DNA from: Conidiobolus incongruus B7586
Taxonomy: Eukaryota
Assembly: GCA_000697335.1 (NCBI GenBank)
Contig: JNEM01011217.1
Location: 1-45,252 of the forward strand
Direction of reading: 5' to 3'
Length of the DNA stretch: 45,252 bases
Shown here: positions 13,116 through 28,261 of the stretch, in pieces
How positions within the stretch are numbered: the first letter of the stretch is position 1
Layout of the letters: each line of letters begins with the position of its first letter
Notes under the pieces: model-generated
Databases searched by the model: none
Seen by the model: only the letters and a program-made list of their open reading frames with translations
Told to the model about the DNA's origin: nothing
Program-made: the position numbers and the translations under genes

Positions 13116-14279
13116 ATAATTACAAGAAATATTAGCTATTAAAAGAATTTTAAGAGAGTTAAAAAATTTGAAACAGAACCATATTAATCAATTCATAGCT
13201 AAAGTCCTACAAGTAAATATTTAAAAATTAATTTATTTTTTATTTTCAATTTTATATTTTAAAATAATTTGCTAGATTGTCACATTACAATTTTAGTATT
13301 GCCTAAGACAGAATCTGAGAATGGAAGGTACTTTTGACTCTAAACTGTTTTAAAAATAATATTAATGTTGTAATAGATATCACGTAAGGGGTATTTTACC
13401 AAACGAGTATCCTTTTAAACTGCCAAGTATTATTTTAAATATAGTAATTTAACCTCACAAAAATTAACTTTAAATTCATTAATTTTTCAATTTACCTAAA
13501 TGGTAGATTTCAACTATTTAAAAAATATATTATAGCAGAACAAATTATCATCTCGAATTTTGGCAACCTGCTTGGAGAAGTGTTTTAAAAATTTTTATAA
13601 ATTGAAGTTTTACTAAAGGAATGATTTACTTCGAAGTGTCCTAGTAGCTCTCATATCATTCCTCAATGAAAAGTCGGAGGGTGCCATAGGTAGTATTGAT
13701 TGCTCTAAGGAGGAGCATCAGCGTTTTGCTAAACAGTAATCCTTATTTGATGCTATTTTTGGTTTGATATTAAATCTTTGAATTGTTCTTTAAATTGGAA
13801 ATGTGACACATGCCAAACTAAATTTAGAGATTTGGATCTATGGTAGGTTGAGATAAGTTTAAATATCCAAATACACGATGAACTTGTTAGTTTGTTGAAA
13901 TTTGCATCAGAGAAACCCAAGGGTGGTTAGGACGAAGAGAAAGAGGCACCGAAATCTGAGTGATAACACAACTGTGACTAAAGGGTCTAAAGTGGATTAA
14001 GTGTCAGTGACTAATGAAAATATAACTGAAAATCAAAGCATTTTGTAAAATCCTAATACATCTAATCATATTATCAATGATAATGGTACTTCAAATAATC
14101 ATCACCCCAGTCTCATTGAATTACCTCCTATAATTTCAAGATCTCCACCTACATCACCTGAACCAACATCTGTAGAAACTTCAAATAGTCACACAAGAAA
14201 TGTGACGGTTATCAATACCCAAAATTCCACCAACCTAATCGATTTTCAAATTGTATTATGCTTAACAATTGTAGCTTAA
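13116..14279 (+). pseudogene. ER-anchored ubiquitin-conjugating enzyme (UBE2J1/Ubc6 family) pseudogene with retained introns
   Basis: Fragments AIKRILRELK, YHVRGILPNEYPFKLPSII, PNGRFQLFKKIYYSRTNYHLEFWQPAW, SVLVALISFL..KSEGAIGSID and WKCDTC, plus a hydrophobic C-terminal tail. The catalytic Cys position is TAT (13528-13530), frameshifts flank it, and there is no ATG at the expected start. Confidence 0.85.
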
Positions 14280-14624
14280 TAATATTATTAAATTTAAAAT
14301 TAATAATATTTTTAAATTATTATTTCTCAAGAATTTAATAACTAATTTTAATTTGATTGAGAATAAAATAATAAAATAATATTTATTCAATATTTGAAAT
14401 TTATTATGATTGATATTCAATTTAAATTTCATTCTTTTTAATGTCCAATGTTTAAAATTATTATAATTAACAAAAATGAATACATTTTAAGGTATAAAAA
14501 TACTAATAAAATTGAATGTAATAAATGTATAACCTAAATAAAGCAAAATTACTAATATTATTATTATTATTATTATTGAAGGGATAGTTGAGGATAGAAT
14601 GAAGAATTAAGTCAATTATAGGGA

Positions 14625-15739
<1,115 letters not shown>

Positions 15740-17014
15740 CTAAATTAAGGGAAATGACATATAAAAAATAATAAATATATTATAAATTAAATATGAAAAG
15801 GATATAATTTGACATATTGAAATTTTCAAACGAATATTAATACACTATCTAAAAAGTAACAAATTAAATAATTTTATATTTATTATTAAATATTAAAAAT
15901 TTCTTTAATTGAATCAAATAAAAAAACAGTGTTAAATATTTTATTATTAATTTTACATTTTTAACATATCAAATTTATTCAAAATTAAACAAAAAAATCT
16001 GTCTATTAGCTAAATTTAATTGGTTGATTTGGGAAATGATCATTTTGACGTAATTTTAAATTGAGATTGTTAAAAAGATGAAATTGCTTTTATAAGCTCT
16101 AGGGAAATTTCTAGCAAGTTGGGAATTTTGGTTTTTGTGTGAATAAAATTGCTAAATTCATAATAATCAATGTTAATTATGATTTTGCTTTAGGACACTA
16201 TAATTTCAAAATTTCGATAATAATTACTGTTTATTATAAAATAATTAACAAAATACTAAATAGAACAATGCTCATTAAATTAGAAATAATCTATAGATAC
16301 TATTCTAGTTGATGATCAAAATCGTGAATAGAAAGTAATCAAAGTTGGCTTCAAACAAGGTATTGAAAATGGTATTGGAGTATATATGCCATTTAATAAT
16401 AATAATTTCAAATTAATAGTTATAGAATAAAAATAAAAATTAATATAATTATGGATATTATTAATTATTAATATTATAATTAAATCGAAAATATTTACTT
16501 AAGCTATTCAAACAGTTTTTAGAGATTTAAATGGTGTCAATTATTATTTGAGATTATTAATGTGATATTATCCAATTTTTAACTATTATGTTGTTACAAT
16601 GGACTCCAATAAAAAGAATCAACCAAGTGGTATTATCCGTTAATTTCTTGAATTGGAAAAACAGGTGATTATTAAGATCATAAAATAAATAATTGTTTTT
16701 ATGTGGATATAAAGTTGTAAATAAACATAATGAATTAATAAAATTTTGATTTTAAAAGTAGAATAAAATGAATCGAGTAGCACTTAGTGAATAGGTTTCT
16801 AAAATAACATTCAAATAATAATTTATCAAACCAAGAATAATTTTAATAATCATTAATTTATCTCATCCATTGTTTTCAATATCCCATAAACATAATTCAA
16901 TCAGATAAATTATTATAAATCCGATTTCAATTCGAGTCAAACACTTAGATTCAGCATAAACCAAAAATATTCAAATTATTTAAATATAAATTATTAAATA
17001 ATAATAATAATTTA

Positions 17015-18663
17015 ATGAGCTTTAAAGAACTTCAAAAATCTAGAGAACCTTCCCCAAAACCTAATAATGAAGAATTTTCAACCCAAATAAAGTCAATAAA
17101 ACCTGAATTAAATTCAAAAGATAATGTGGAAGATAACGAATTATCCGATAATATCTCAAATGTAAATCCACAAACGTCCAATAATTATAAATGATTAATA
17201 AATTAATTTAGAGTGGCACTCACTACAGTGACGCCCAAGAACCTCCCGAAGTACAAACAGATCAAGATATTCCAACATCCATAACAAGCCAAACAAAATT
17301 AATAAGATTTCTAAAACTACAAATCGACACACTTCGGCAGGAGGCGGAATTACGCGAAAAGAGTTTTAGGGACCAAATGAATATTGTTTTGAGGGATATG
17401 ACCAGACTTAGAGCTGATGCAAAATTTGCTGATAGAAATAGAGATGAATTGGTCAAACAGTTTAAAATTTTGGAAGAGAGTTATAACGCCTTGAAGTCTG
17501 AGAATGAGAAGTTGATTTCAAAAATGTTGAAACTTGAGAGATCTTACAATACTGCTCATATTGAGAGAGAGTTGGGAGATGCTAAATCTGTGATTAAAAC
17601 AAATCGTGATGAAATCGATGGCTTGTTGGAGAGTATCAGGGAGAAGGATAAGTTATTGTTAGATAGTATAACTAAGGTAATTTGCTTGTTTTTTTTCTAA
17701 ATTGAATACTTTTTAATAAGCTTTCTTTAGTATGAGGAATTGCAAAACAAATATAACGAGTTGATTGGTAACAATTTGAAATTAATCGAATCCAATGACG
17801 AGTCAAACACTAAAAAACGTAAACTTGAAACTGAGCAGGAAGAGACGATAAGATGTACTCAAATCATGTCACAGTTCAAAGGTTATTTCAATTCATAATC
17901 TAGTTATCACAATTCTTATGTTTATAATAGATCTCATTGAAGAAAATATGAAATTGAAGCATCAACTCAGCCAATCCGAAATTCAAATCCAAAAATTAAT
18001 CAATGAAAGTATCCTTCAATCCGAATATGATCAAGTTCAATCAAAGTTGGAGCAACTTGAAGTGGATAATAAGGATTTAAAAGTTCAACTCGAACAGTTA
18101 AGGCAAGAGAATGAAAAGTACGATCACTCCAACATTCTAAATTACAGTACAACTAATCATCATTATAGATTGAATACCAAAGACACTATCCAACTCCAAT
18201 TCGAACGTCTCAAACAAGAGTTAGATGATGAAAAATCAGCACACAGCCAAACCAAAGATAAAATACTGACCAAGGAGCAAGAATTCAACAATACTATTCG
18301 AAATCTTCAAAATAAGGTACTCTTATTTCATCAATTTTGTTTATTTAACTAACATAATTATAAAGCTATCAGAATCCGATAAAAAAGCACAAGATCTTCA
18401 GGACCAAATCGAAGCTTTCAAGGCACAAGTCTCGCAAATCAATTCCAAGTGGGATCTCTCCCAAGAATTTATTAACAAATTGAAAAAATCGACGGTACTT
18501 CACTATATTCAATATTTATTCATTTCATATTGACAAATTTTAGAATGACGAACTCGAAGCAGCCAAATCTCTCTACGGTGGCAAAGGTTCCAAAGTCACA
18601 GTACAAGCCCTCGAAAATTTACTTAAGTTGTTCGAGAATTCCTCCCAACCTTCCACATCCTAA
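17015..18663 (+). CDS. Multi-exon coiled-coil protein, function unknown
   Basis: ATG at 17015, about six short GT-AG introns, E/K/Q/L heptad-rich exons (ORFs 17377 and 17918), stop TAA at 18661-18663. Confidence 0.75.
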
Positions 18664-18885
18664 TTCTAGTTTTTAATTTGTAACATTTAATTTGATTTTT
18701 TAGCTAAAATTTAATGAATTGGAGTGGGGAATTCATTGGCAAAAATTGGAATAAAGGTTATTTAGTTCAATATAATCATAATATTTGATTTGATATTGAT
18801 TTATAAAATATTGATTGTATTAAAGTGGTTCTATTTTTATTAATATGTAATGATATAAAACTGATTCTATACTATTATGAAATTT

Positions 18886-20667
18886 CTATTCTTTAACTTT
18901 GATCAAAGTAACAAGGCCTTCACCATGCATAGTCATTGGGAAAAGATCGAAAACTCGAACTTCGTCAACTTTGTAGGTGAAACCCTTACCCTCGCAAAGT
19001 TTGAGTAATTCAGTAAGATCTTTGGCCTGCGTGAAGGGATTACAACTAATGTACACGATCCCTTCGGGACTGAACTGAACCAATTGCTCCAAAAAGTCCG
19101 TGGAACATCCTTTTCTAGGGGGATCGATGATCACTGCAGCGTCTTTACCAGTAAATTCGAGTCCCTCGAAAATGATTTCCGCTTGGCCTACCTGAAATGA
19201 ACAGTTCTTCAAGGAGTTGATTTCAGCATTTCCGGTGGCGTAGTCGATACTTTGGTTACTGACGTCCACGCCGACGACACGTTCGAAACCGGCCGAGCAA
19301 GCTACAGCGAATAGACCAGATCCGCAGTAAGCGTCGAGCAAATATTTGGGCTTGGGCTGGATTTTATTGAGTTGGGTACTCACATAATCGATTAAAGCGG
19401 GCAAAATTGAGGTATTGATTTGGAAGAAGGATCCTGCAGGGAATTTGAATTTGTAGTCACCAACTTGTGTCGTTACTAATTCCTTATGATCTGTAATGGT
19501 TCCCCATACTTCAGTATTAGGATCTTTTTCTGATTGTATCAAAGCTTCTCGAATGATTAGAGATGCTCCCTTCTTGTATTTGGAAATATTTCTGTTTGAT
19601 AAAGATTAGATGTGAAATTAAAAGATAATTAGGATATCAATTACTGTTTGACTTCTTTTCTAAGATTCTTGTAACCTTCATTGACAGCTGGAGTAGCAAT
19701 GATGCATTCTTCAATGTCCATAACGGTTCTTCTGCCCTTCTGCTGGAAACCTACATTCACATCTTCGGCGTCTGGTCTGGGTTTATTAAAGTGAGGTGTG
19801 ATTTTAGAGCGGTACTCATATTGGAGAGGACTTGAGACAGGGGGCTTGAATGGTAAAGTATCATACATAGTGCCTAATTAAAAATTTAGACCAATATAGT
19901 TAATAAATTGTTTTAACATCATACGAGCACCGTAATAAAAAGCTCTCTTTAACATTTCATCTTTTAATTCGAGTTGTTTCTAATAATCAATAAGTATTAA
20001 TTCAAATTTAAAATTAATTTTAAATCATACTTCATAAGTAATATCTTGCCATTGACAACCTGAACACTTTCCAAAATATTTACATCTGGGAGTGATTTTA
20101 TCTTTTGAATGAACCAATACTTCAAGTAAATCAGCTTTTGAATAGCCTCTATAAAAATATTAATATTTTTTCACCAATCAATTATATATTTTAAACTGGA
20201 TTACCTGTGACTTGCGAATACTTTACATTTAACCTTCTCACCAGGGTAACAAAAAGGTACAAAAATATACCAGTTTGGGTACTTATCAGAAACTGCAATA
20301 CCTTCACCTATACAAAAATCAATCCCATTGCAAAAGACTGAAAAAATTGTAAAGAATTACCATGACTAGACATCTTAACAACTTCACATTCTAACTCTGT
20401 AAACAATTCGAAAGGAGGTGACAATTTCATATATTCATTACGGTCCATTTCGGGTTTGAAAACTTCTGGGTTCAAACTCTTCAAGTCGAACCAATGAATT
20501 TCTTCAGGGTCTAAAACTCTAATTTTCTTAGCTTTTCTAGCCCTCTTTGGTGATGTCTTCTGAGGTGCATTGGGTGACAATGGTCGAGAAAGTTCTTGTC
20601 CTGAGGTAGTGGTCTGTTCTTTAGTTACAATAGGAGTTTGGAGTCCCTGATCAACGGTTGAAGTCAT
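18886..20667 (-). CDS. TRM2: tRNA (uracil-54-C5)-methyltransferase with TRAM domain, multi-exon
   Basis: Motifs GKCSGCQWQ, YEYRSKITPHF, SFFQIN, DAYCGSGLF, IIDPPRKG, YISCN (catalytic Cys), DLFPMTMHGE; exons separated by short GT-AG introns. Confidence 0.93.
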
Positions 20668-21114
20668 TTTTAAAGAGTTGAAAAATTTTGGATAATGATA
20701 TAAAACGATATTGATTTGAATAGATTTTTGAATACCAGTGAACTCTGGTTAATTTTGATATATTTTTTATAATTAAAATTTTGAATTTGATATAAATTTA
20801 ATATGAATTTATAAAAAAATGATATCGTATTATAAAAATTGTTAATCCTTATATAACATTAAACTTATTATTTGAGGATTAAAAAACTCACAAATTGAAT
20901 TATAATTTTTATTTTGAATGAATAGAATTATTTAATCAAATATGATATCAATTCTCAAACTTATGGGTTTAGATCAATTTATTAAATTTTATTGATAAGA
21001 TAACAATTAATTAATTTTGTAAATCTGATTTGAGATGATATCATTCCCACGTTTTTTTCCAAATTTTACATATTAGTATATATAGTTAGAATACAGGAAT
21101 ACACTAATCTGGTT

Positions 21115-22358
21115 TATTAGTTCAAAAAGAAATAACAAATTTTTTAATTTCTGATCTTTCAAACGTATTGCTAGTTTTGAAAAATTAAGTATATATAAAA
21201 TATATAAGAAAATTAATATTTTTAATTTAAAATTTGTGTTAAATATAATTATGTTCAAATTAGATAGTGATCATCAAAAGTTTTTTAATTTAATATCATT
21301 TAAACTCAAGCATAAACCTTTTAAAATCATTTAAGTTTTAAAAATAGCTTATAAAGATAATATTTTATTTAAATCTATTATTTATCACTATATTTGCCAC
21401 TTTAGAGCTAGAAAAGATATTATTTAAAATTTACTTAAATTTAATAAATTAATTTTTAATATTACTTTTTTATTAATTAATAAAATAAAAGATATATTAA
21501 AAAATACTTTTTTATTATAGATAATTATTTAAGTAATTTAATATTAATTTTACAAGTATATTAAATATATCAAAGTTTAAACTTAAATTAATTAATAAAA
21601 TATAAAATAAATACTTTACAATTTAACAAAAGTTCTAAAATAAATTAAAATACTTATAGTTAAATAAAACCTATTAAAATATTACCAAAAACAAAGGTTT
21701 TATAATAAATTATTATAATCAATAATCTTAAACTCTTTTATATTATCTTTTACTTAAAAACAAAACAAAATATTAAGTTAAAATAATTATCTTTATGAAT
21801 TATAATAAATAAATATTTTATTGATAAGTAAATATTAATTGTTATAATAAATCATAATAGTACATGGTTTGTTATTTATTTTTTAAAAGTAAACTAATTA
21901 ATAATAAATTTTATATTGTTTTTTTTGAATAAAAATATTTTTAATTAATGTTTTCATTATAAATTAAAGATATTTATTAATTTATACAATAATAATAAAA
22001 TTTATAAAATTAAATTTATCAAAGATTTTCTATATAAAAAACTAGAAAAAGTTACTATATCTAAAATATTTAATAGAATATAACTTATGTGATTATAATT
22101 GTTTTAATTAATTAAAAAATATATTTACAAGAAAAAAAATTCCTATTAAATTAAATTGGTTTGTGAAAATTAAATTTTAGTTTTTAAAAAAAATTGTTTT
22201 TTAAACATTAGTAGCTTTTTAAAAGTATAGCAAAGAGCTATTAAAAACAAAAGAGACTATTAATTTTATATTGTATATTAATTTTTATAAAACATATATT
22301 AATTTAATTATTTAGTTTTAATTTTAAAATTGTGCCACTATTTTGTTTCTATACTAAT
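21115..22358 (+). mobile_element. Decayed mariner transposon relic (copy A)
   Basis: Collinear with the copy at 29799. Near 22041-22105 it reads *KKLLYLKYLIEYNLCDYNCF, a degenerate WExLPHPxYSPDxxPxDY motif. Ends TATTAGT.../...ACTAATA. Confidence 0.8.
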
Positions 22359-22783
22359 AAATTATAGTTTGAAAAATAAGCAAAGACATAATATCAGCAG
22401 TTTCATTAATAATCAAACCAATAATATGAATTTTTAGTCTCTCTAGTAACAGAAATTGATAGATAATATATTTGATAAGGTTTGATATGTTATCAAGAGG
22501 TCAAATATGGTAATTTTTTATTATCTTATATTAAAATGGCGATTATCACCATTGTAGAGCTGAACATACTAGTTTAATCACAGGTATAGCAATTTTCTAA
22601 CGTATTCAATGTCATATTTCAGTACTTTAAGGTCGAAGTGAAATATGTTTGAAGGTTCGATCAAAACCACAATTTTGACTCTTTAAGAAGTAATCATTAC
22701 TTTAAATTACTCTGTAATATCATGATTTAATCTAATTATAATATTTATATTAATATATAACTTTTCCTAGCATTGTTTACCGA

Positions 22784-24733
22784 ATGGCTGAAGAAGATCA
22801 TAACCCTAAACCACCAAATCCCATTCTCCGACTCTCAAATGATGAGATTATCAGAAACAATTTGGAAAAAATCCTCATTTATCTAGAAAAAGAACACCTT
22901 TTGAGCCTCCGTGCTACGAACAGAAGTTTGAATCGTGCTGTCCCATTTACTGAAGAACGTTTCTGCTTAATGATTCATCGAGACTGGTCCAAATTTGATA
23001 ACCCTCTAAAAGACATTGATACAATTGTCTCTCGATTTACCGATGATTTTGTTGATAATCCCGAAGTTGTAAAATGTGTTCAGCTTGTCACTTTACCCAC
23101 GCCATCTGTACTTCGAACCTTCTTCAACACCTTCTTTAATTTGAAAAAATTAGAATTTTTTGATGTTAAATTTGAGGAACAACAGATTCTTTCCTTATTA
23201 TGTAAATTGACGCATCTTAAAGGTTTAGAATTTTGGCATTCGGAAATTCATGGTAATATATCCAAACAATCCAATGATACTTTTACATTACCTATGTCAT
23301 TAACCAAGATCAGCTTTATTGATGTTTTGTTCTTAAACCATCCCAGAACCTTTACACAATCATTCCTTAATCATGATTCTATTACTAGTCTGGAATACAT
23401 CACACTATCCCAATATAGCTATGTCGAAAAGTTTTGCAATGGATATCCCAATTTAACCGAATTATTGCTCGGGTTGTATAATAATCAATGGAAAGTTGAG
23501 GAAACTCTCGAGGAAGAAGAATTATTATCCGAAGTAGTTAACAGTATGGTTAACTTAGCTGATTTCCATTATCAATCATCCTACTTTACACAGAGTATTA
23601 TCGACATAATCGTTTCTAAATTAACCAGTTTAAATTCACTGATATTGACTTCTGATAACCTTTACAGCTATGGATATGGTGAACAAATTCATTCTGATGT
23701 TCATTTCGCTAACATGTTAAACATTAAGAAATTTGAAATGGGTATTGTCACGACCCATCGTGACATTATCCAAAACAAGGTCATATTAAGAACAAAACGA
23801 AAGTCCCCGAAGCAAGCCAAAATAAGTAAAACAATTAGTATAGAATAAGGAAACATAAAAGAAAACACCAGAATAGTTTACTCAACTATTCTGGTCATTC
23901 CTTGAAAGATCCAAAGAACTAATAAACTCTCTCTCTCTCGAAATCAGAGCACCTTATCATAAGAACATACATTATGGTAATGCTTCGTTACATTTTCTCC
24001 CCTATAGTCTTAAAAGAGACCCCCCTTGCGGAACCTACACAGGTGTCCTCAATTGTATTCGTCGTCGCCGTTCTATGTATAATGATTAGCTGGGGGGGAA
24101 TTTGGGTGACTACTGGGATTAATCGTTGGATCATGCGCTTATGTTTATTACTGAGTTGGGGAATCCTTATACATCGATGTGATGACCTCGTGACGAATCC
24201 CTCGGCCCCTCATTGGCGGATCCTAGAGGCCATTGACAGGTATCAAGTTGAGCTACAAACATATTGGGCTTTTAAGTAGGATTTTATCTAAACTTCCCAA
24301 TTTAGAGACTTTAAGTTTATGAATTGATGGCATGGATAAGTCCTTTGTTAAAATAATTCATACCAGCTGTCCTCTCCTGAAACATCTTAAAATCGACTTT
24401 TATCAAGCAGAGCTTGGTATTGGAAGTAAATATGCAGATACATCAAGGCGATATTTTGACTATATATTTGGTGACAGCATTCCGTCTTTTGCTGCTACAA
24501 TTGAAAGCGTAACTTTCATTTCAGCCAATTTATTCGGTCTGGAAAATTATCATTTGGATAATTTAAACAACTTGAAATCCATTGACTTGGACTTTATCGC
24601 AAAAGAATGTTATGGTCCAAACCCATTACTTGAAATCCAAAATCACTTAGCAACTTTTTCTAATTTCTCATATTGGGTTGATAAAAAGAACCATTTTGCA
24701 ACCCTTACTTTACTCAAAAAATCAATTAATTAA
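22784..24733 (+). pseudogene. F-box/LRR (RNI-like) gene disrupted by a solo LTR and one nonsense codon
   Basis: F-box-like LEKILIYLEKEHLLSLRATNRSL plus LRR units (FFNLKKLEF, LTHLKGLEF, YPNLTELLL). Removing 23746-24243 restores the frame FEMGIKLSYKHIGLLSRILSKLPNLETLSL*IDGMDKSF into ORF 24332-24733; TGA at 24320. Confidence 0.85.
23746..24238 (+). mobile_element. Solo LTR (493 bp) of an LTR retrotransposon
   Basis: Termini TGTCA...TGACA, exact 5-bp target-site duplication GGTAT (23741-23745 and 24239-24243), internal AATAAA near 23921. Confidence 0.92.
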
Positions 24734-27132
24734 TTTATATAACCTTTTAAATTTATATATATTCAATATATTATACCAAATAAACTATCTTTGGCAATTT
24801 AATATAATTTAATCATATTATAATATTTTGCGATCAAAATATACAATTACTTTTTTCAGTTGGTGTTATTTTTCATCAAATTATATTTTAATTAATAAGC
24901 TCGTTTTTGGGTATAACTTTTCAAAATAATTTTAAATTACTAACAATCTAATTTTACATATTTAATTAAATACTATTTACTATATATAAAAATTTAAAAA
25001 TTTATTCAAAATTGGTGTAAGGTATTGTACTTAATCCATGACCCACTTAAAATTTATTGAATTAAGTCTCAACTAAACAGAAATTGAAAGATATATATAA
25101 CAATGAGAATTTTAATATATATATTTGAATTTGATGTTATTATCAATTAAATAATAGTTTTAATATATAAAACTATCAAACTTGAAGTATTTGACATATA
25201 TTTATTTATTCGTTTTAGTATTTTTACTAAAATATTAATCAATGATCAATAATAATTAACAATATATAATTTATAATTATAAGGTTATTTTATATAGTTC
25301 ATTAGTACTTATGATACGTTATAATATTTGTTCAATTTGATTTAAATAATTCAAATGATCTTTATTAAATTGATCCTGATTTTTATTATATTGAACTGGG
25401 GATTTGTATTTTAAAGTTATTTTTACGCTAAATATATATATATATATATATTAGATTTACATTTATGCAATTTATTATTCATTTTCATAATTGAATAAAT
25501 ATTTTTGTTATTTATTGTATATAAAAATTTATTATTAAATGAAAGAATTTAACCTGAATTGAATGATATATCTAGATTAATATATTTTAGTAAGATTTTA
25601 GAGTCTTTTCATTTAAATTTATATTACTTATTGAAAATTTGAATTCACAGTTATATTAAATAAGCTTTAATTAATATTGGAAATTAAATATTATATTAAT
25701 TGTGACCGAGACTTATTGACTTATATCAATTTTTGTCCATGTCTGGTTAAACAGTCAAAAATTTGCATTATGAATTATAAATTAAAAGAATTAAAGTAAT
25801 TAGATTAGTTATTGCATACATTTAGTGTATATATATCATTTCTAAATATTTGAAAAATTCCAATTTGGAACAAAAATATCCTAAATCGAAGCTTGAACAA
25901 AGTACAAAAAATTTTTTATATTAAAAATATGATAAATAAATTGATATTAGCCTATTTTTTCCATCATCCATGTCAAACTATAGGTTTATAGTTTTTTTTG
26001 CATAAAAAATTAATTAAGTTGCTTTTTCATTTTTGCAAATTTCTAATATACTTATGAAATATCACAGATTAAGATTCTAATATTAACCAAGATATATATT
26101 AAGAAATTTGATTGTAAAATATATTATGATATTTTGCAATATATAATATTGTTTTTAATAATTTAAAAAATTAATGTTAATTTGATAGAATTTAAATATT
26201 TATATATTGTAAGTTGTGTTTAATAATATAGTAAAATTACCAGTTCAAATTAACTTATAAAAATATAGAAATAAATAGTGCAGTATTATATATTTTTAAA
26301 AATCAAAAAATAGCAATATATTGGCAACTAGTAAACAGATGATTTATTAAAACATATTAAATATTTTACATACTTTCAATTGTTAGAAAACAGGCTAAAA
26401 TTTGAATGATGAAATTTAGTACGCTTTTGAAAACAAAAGTTACTAGATTATTATAACCACAAAAATTGCTCAATTCATTCAAAGATATGATAGTGAATTT
26501 AAAATAGTCAGAAGCAAGATAATGAAATTAAATTAATAAAACCGATACGAATTTAAAAAGGATTAGACAATATACGTCCGGAATCTAAGATCATTTGAAG
26601 CAATCATTAAAATGTTTTAATTACTCCAATTTGAAAGATATTGATTTCTACTAAAATACATTTTGATAAGATCACAAGGAAAAATTTAGTTTTAATTTTC
26701 TATTGAAATCAGATTGACATTAAATTATGTGATTTTTCACTCTGGAAAAAAAATTTAAAACACCCATATATTTGAGAGTGAGATTAGAGAAATTTTTTGA
26801 TTATATTAAATTTTTTATATATTGAGAAATGTTCAAACTTAGGCTAATATTTCATCAATGGAACATAACGCTCTTATAAAATCTGAAGTTACTAGGTGAA
26901 GTTATACGCAAAAGTTGAGAAAACTCGTGCAAGTACATTTTTGAAGTTGCGGAAAGGTGACGAGTTAGCGATTTCAATAATCCCAATAAAATCAATATAA
27001 ATCGAAAAATGAAGGATTAGGGAATGTACAATTAGCATCCAATATCCAGTTAAGACATAATCAACAAGTTAAAATGGCTTAAACTTGAGAAAAATTGATA
27101 CACAAATATAATAACACCACTCTGGAAAACCC

Positions 27133-27446
27133 TGTCAGGATTAGTTAATGCAAATGAAGGAGATTTGGGGGATTCCAGGCAGCTGTAAGGGAAATAGAAT
27201 ATTTATTGGATTAAATCAGATAGCTGGGAAGACCCGGATTAAGCTAGCCTTTTTTCACGATAGCTCTAATTCCAGTTTTTATATAAAGTGAATTGGGTAA
27301 GATGATTTATCAGATTCTCCTGTGGCTTGAGTCATCAGCCAATTAAAAGAGAGAGCAGAAGTAGTTGATATGCGAGGGAGGAATGATCTTTTAATTAGGT
27401 TGATGTAAGTTTACTTGGTAAGAGAGGAGTCAATTAACTTGTGACA
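27133..27446 (-). mobile_element. Probable solo LTR (314 bp)
   Basis: Same TGTCA...TGACA termini as the 23746 element, raised GC, and TATATAAA followed by AATAAA on the minus strand. The flanks (AACCC/ATAAG) do not form a duplication. Confidence 0.5.
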
Positions 27447-27580
27447 ATAAGTCATTGTTAGATAAGGTGCTAATAAGGATAGAATAATATTAGCAAATTA
27501 GCCATTCGAAATATGTAAAATGATGTAATTATTTGCCTCAATATTATAATTGTTATAAATTTAATATATATCAAAATTAA

Positions 27581-27702
27581 GGTTCCTCGGTAGTGTCGTC
27601 TGGTTCCTCCGCTAGCCTAGGTGTTGAGGTTCGAACTCCGATGACGGCTCTCTGGTTAGTATCTTGCGCCTACTGGTATCCTTATCTGGTCCATAAACTT
27701 TT
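27581..27702 (+). ncRNA. tRNA-derived Pol III-type element (candidate ncRNA or short SINE), copy 1
   Basis: A-box-like TAGTGTCGTCTGG, B-box-like GGTTCGAACTCC, conserved tail TTGCGCCTACTGGTA...TATCTGG..CATAA, then TTTT. Homologous to 31550-31676. Confidence 0.55.
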
Positions 27703-28261
27703 GCAAATTTAATTATATGATAATTTTTTTATTTTTTATATATTTGTATATGTATATTGAATCAGATTTATCAATGATATAAAAAATAATTTTTGATAAT
27801 ATTTCAATAAAACATTTTGATTTAAAATTATTTACAATATGTAATAAATTAGTAGTTTTACTTTTATATATTTATTAGTTAATAACATTTATTATTGAAT
27901 GAAATAATAATATATATCCAAATAATTATTAAATATTTTTTTATTAATTATTTTGCACGAATATCCATAAACGAAAAAAATTTATGATTTATAATCTGTA
28001 AAGTTATTTAAGAAATTTTCACTTTCACTGTTAGATTTCCAAAAAACTAATTAATTCATTATATATTTCAATAATAAAATTATTTAAAAATATTTAGTAT
28101 ATATTTGGTTACACAGTTAATAATTACATTTTCGGCTATTTTATTAATCAAACTATCTCTTATGTGAATCCCATATTTTCAAATACACCAGATTATAAAT
28201 TATCTATGATTATTGATTAGGATTAAAAATGTGATTCATTTTATGTTAAATTATAGTGAAG

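Noticed and set aside
23974..24279. 101-aa ORF as a membrane protein gene
   Set aside because: It lies almost entirely in the solo LTR and crosses its boundary; no recognisable gag or pol motif.
26380..27130. Decayed gene or retroelement internal fragment (similar patches at ~8450-9620 and ~42700-44000)
   Set aside because: Slightly raised GC, but the frames examined were broken and no motif was recognised.
27640..27680. SECIS element suggested by ATGACGG
   Set aside because: No opposing GA pair or apical AA, and no upstream selenoprotein ORF.
27581..27702. Functional tRNA gene, or HDV/hammerhead ribozyme
   Set aside because: No convincing cloverleaf (poor acceptor and anticodon arms); the TTCCTCCG loop-like motif is absent from copy 2; no CTGATGA/GAAA core.
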